DNA of 64,000 nt from Caldisericota bacterium (GTDB lineage: Bacteria > Caldisericota > JANLFM01), in NCBI GenBank assembly GCA_024655965.1, contig JANLFL010000002.1, positions 115,129 to 179,128 on the forward strand, read 5' to 3'. Positions 63,539-64,000 of the stretch are shown in pieces. The first letter of the stretch is position 1. Every line of letters starts with the position of its first letter. The position numbers and the translations under genes are program-made. Below the pieces are notes generated by a model. It had not been told where the DNA came from and ran no database searches. It saw only the letters and a program-made list of their open reading frames with translations.

Positions 63539-64000
63539 GTGGCAAAGGAAACCCCCAAGCGAAAAAACCTCTGGCGAAGCATTTTTCTCGCCGTGGGCTT
63601 TTCCGCCCTGGCGATCAGCTTACTTTTATATTTCACCCACACCGATTTAAAAAGCGTTTTTTCGCTTTTGAATTTGTGGTTTTTCCTCGGGGCCTTGGGG
63701 CTGATTCTTTTGAACTGGTTGGTGGAAGCTTTAAGGCTCTGTTCAATTTCAAGCTTATTGGGCTATCGCCTTCCTTTCGGCAAGGCCCTTCAAATTGTCC
63801 TGGTTGGTTCATTCTTCGCCAACATCACCCCGTTTGATACGGGGGGAGAACCCTTCCAACTCTACCTCCTGGCAAAAAATGGAGTGGGGACGGGAAAGTC
63901 GGCGGCGATAATCATGATCAAAGGAATAATGAGCGCCCTCGCCCGGATAACCCTGGGGATCGGGATTCCACTCTGGCTTCTTCTGATCAAAAGAGCCTGG
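63539..64000 (+). CDS. LPG-synthase-TM / UPF0104 flippase-like membrane protein; runs off the right edge of the window
   Basis: Translated by hand from GTG 63539: hydrophobic helices and FFANITPFDTGGEPFQLYLL signature. Confidence 0.8.
   Translation, partial: MAKETPKRKNLWRSIFLAVGFSALAISLLLYFTHTDLKSVFSLLNLWFFLGALGLILLNWLVEALRLCSISSLLGYRLPFGKALQIVLVGSFFANITPFDTGGEPFQLYLLAKNGVGTGKSAAIIMIKGIMSALARITLGIGIPLWLLLIKRAW

Overview
Gene-dense bacterial chromosome segment of roughly 50-55% GC (by eye). It probably comes from an anaerobic, possibly thermophilic, Terrabacteria-type lineage, judged from six SLH-domain proteins, a T-box, cdaA-cdaR-glmM, NfnAB and archaeal-type PDO and aminotransferase genes; the exact taxon cannot be fixed from sequence alone. 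Most of the window is housekeeping: ssrA/smpB, rplM-rpsI, glmM, mreBCD-mrdA-rodA, maf, metG with a Met T-box, tatD, ktrAB, comF and pxpABC. Two regions stand out. (1) 55.0-59.0 kb is a compact module with no integrase. A DdrO/CapH-like XRE repressor and an IrrE/CapP-like metallopeptidase, whose zinc ligands appear swapped (HExxE...H), are transcribed divergently from a self-contained operon DUF1659-DUF2922-amidase/SLH (no signal peptide)-YvrJ (holin-like). The module also has a perfect 24-bp palindrome over the promoter, a leader with mutually exclusive hairpins, a candidate anti-SD small RNA, an Xis-like HTH gene and a RecB/Cas4-like nuclease. It is a candidate DNA-damage-triggered lysis or defence system. 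(2) 15.4-20.1 kb is an operon of ornithine aminotransferase, ornithine racemase, a CpgS-like/ArcE-type arginine synthetase and ornithine carbamoyltransferase, running into the c-di-AMP/glmM genes. No CRISPR array, rRNA, tRNA, transposase or integrase was seen. All family assignments come from motif recognition by eye, not database searches.
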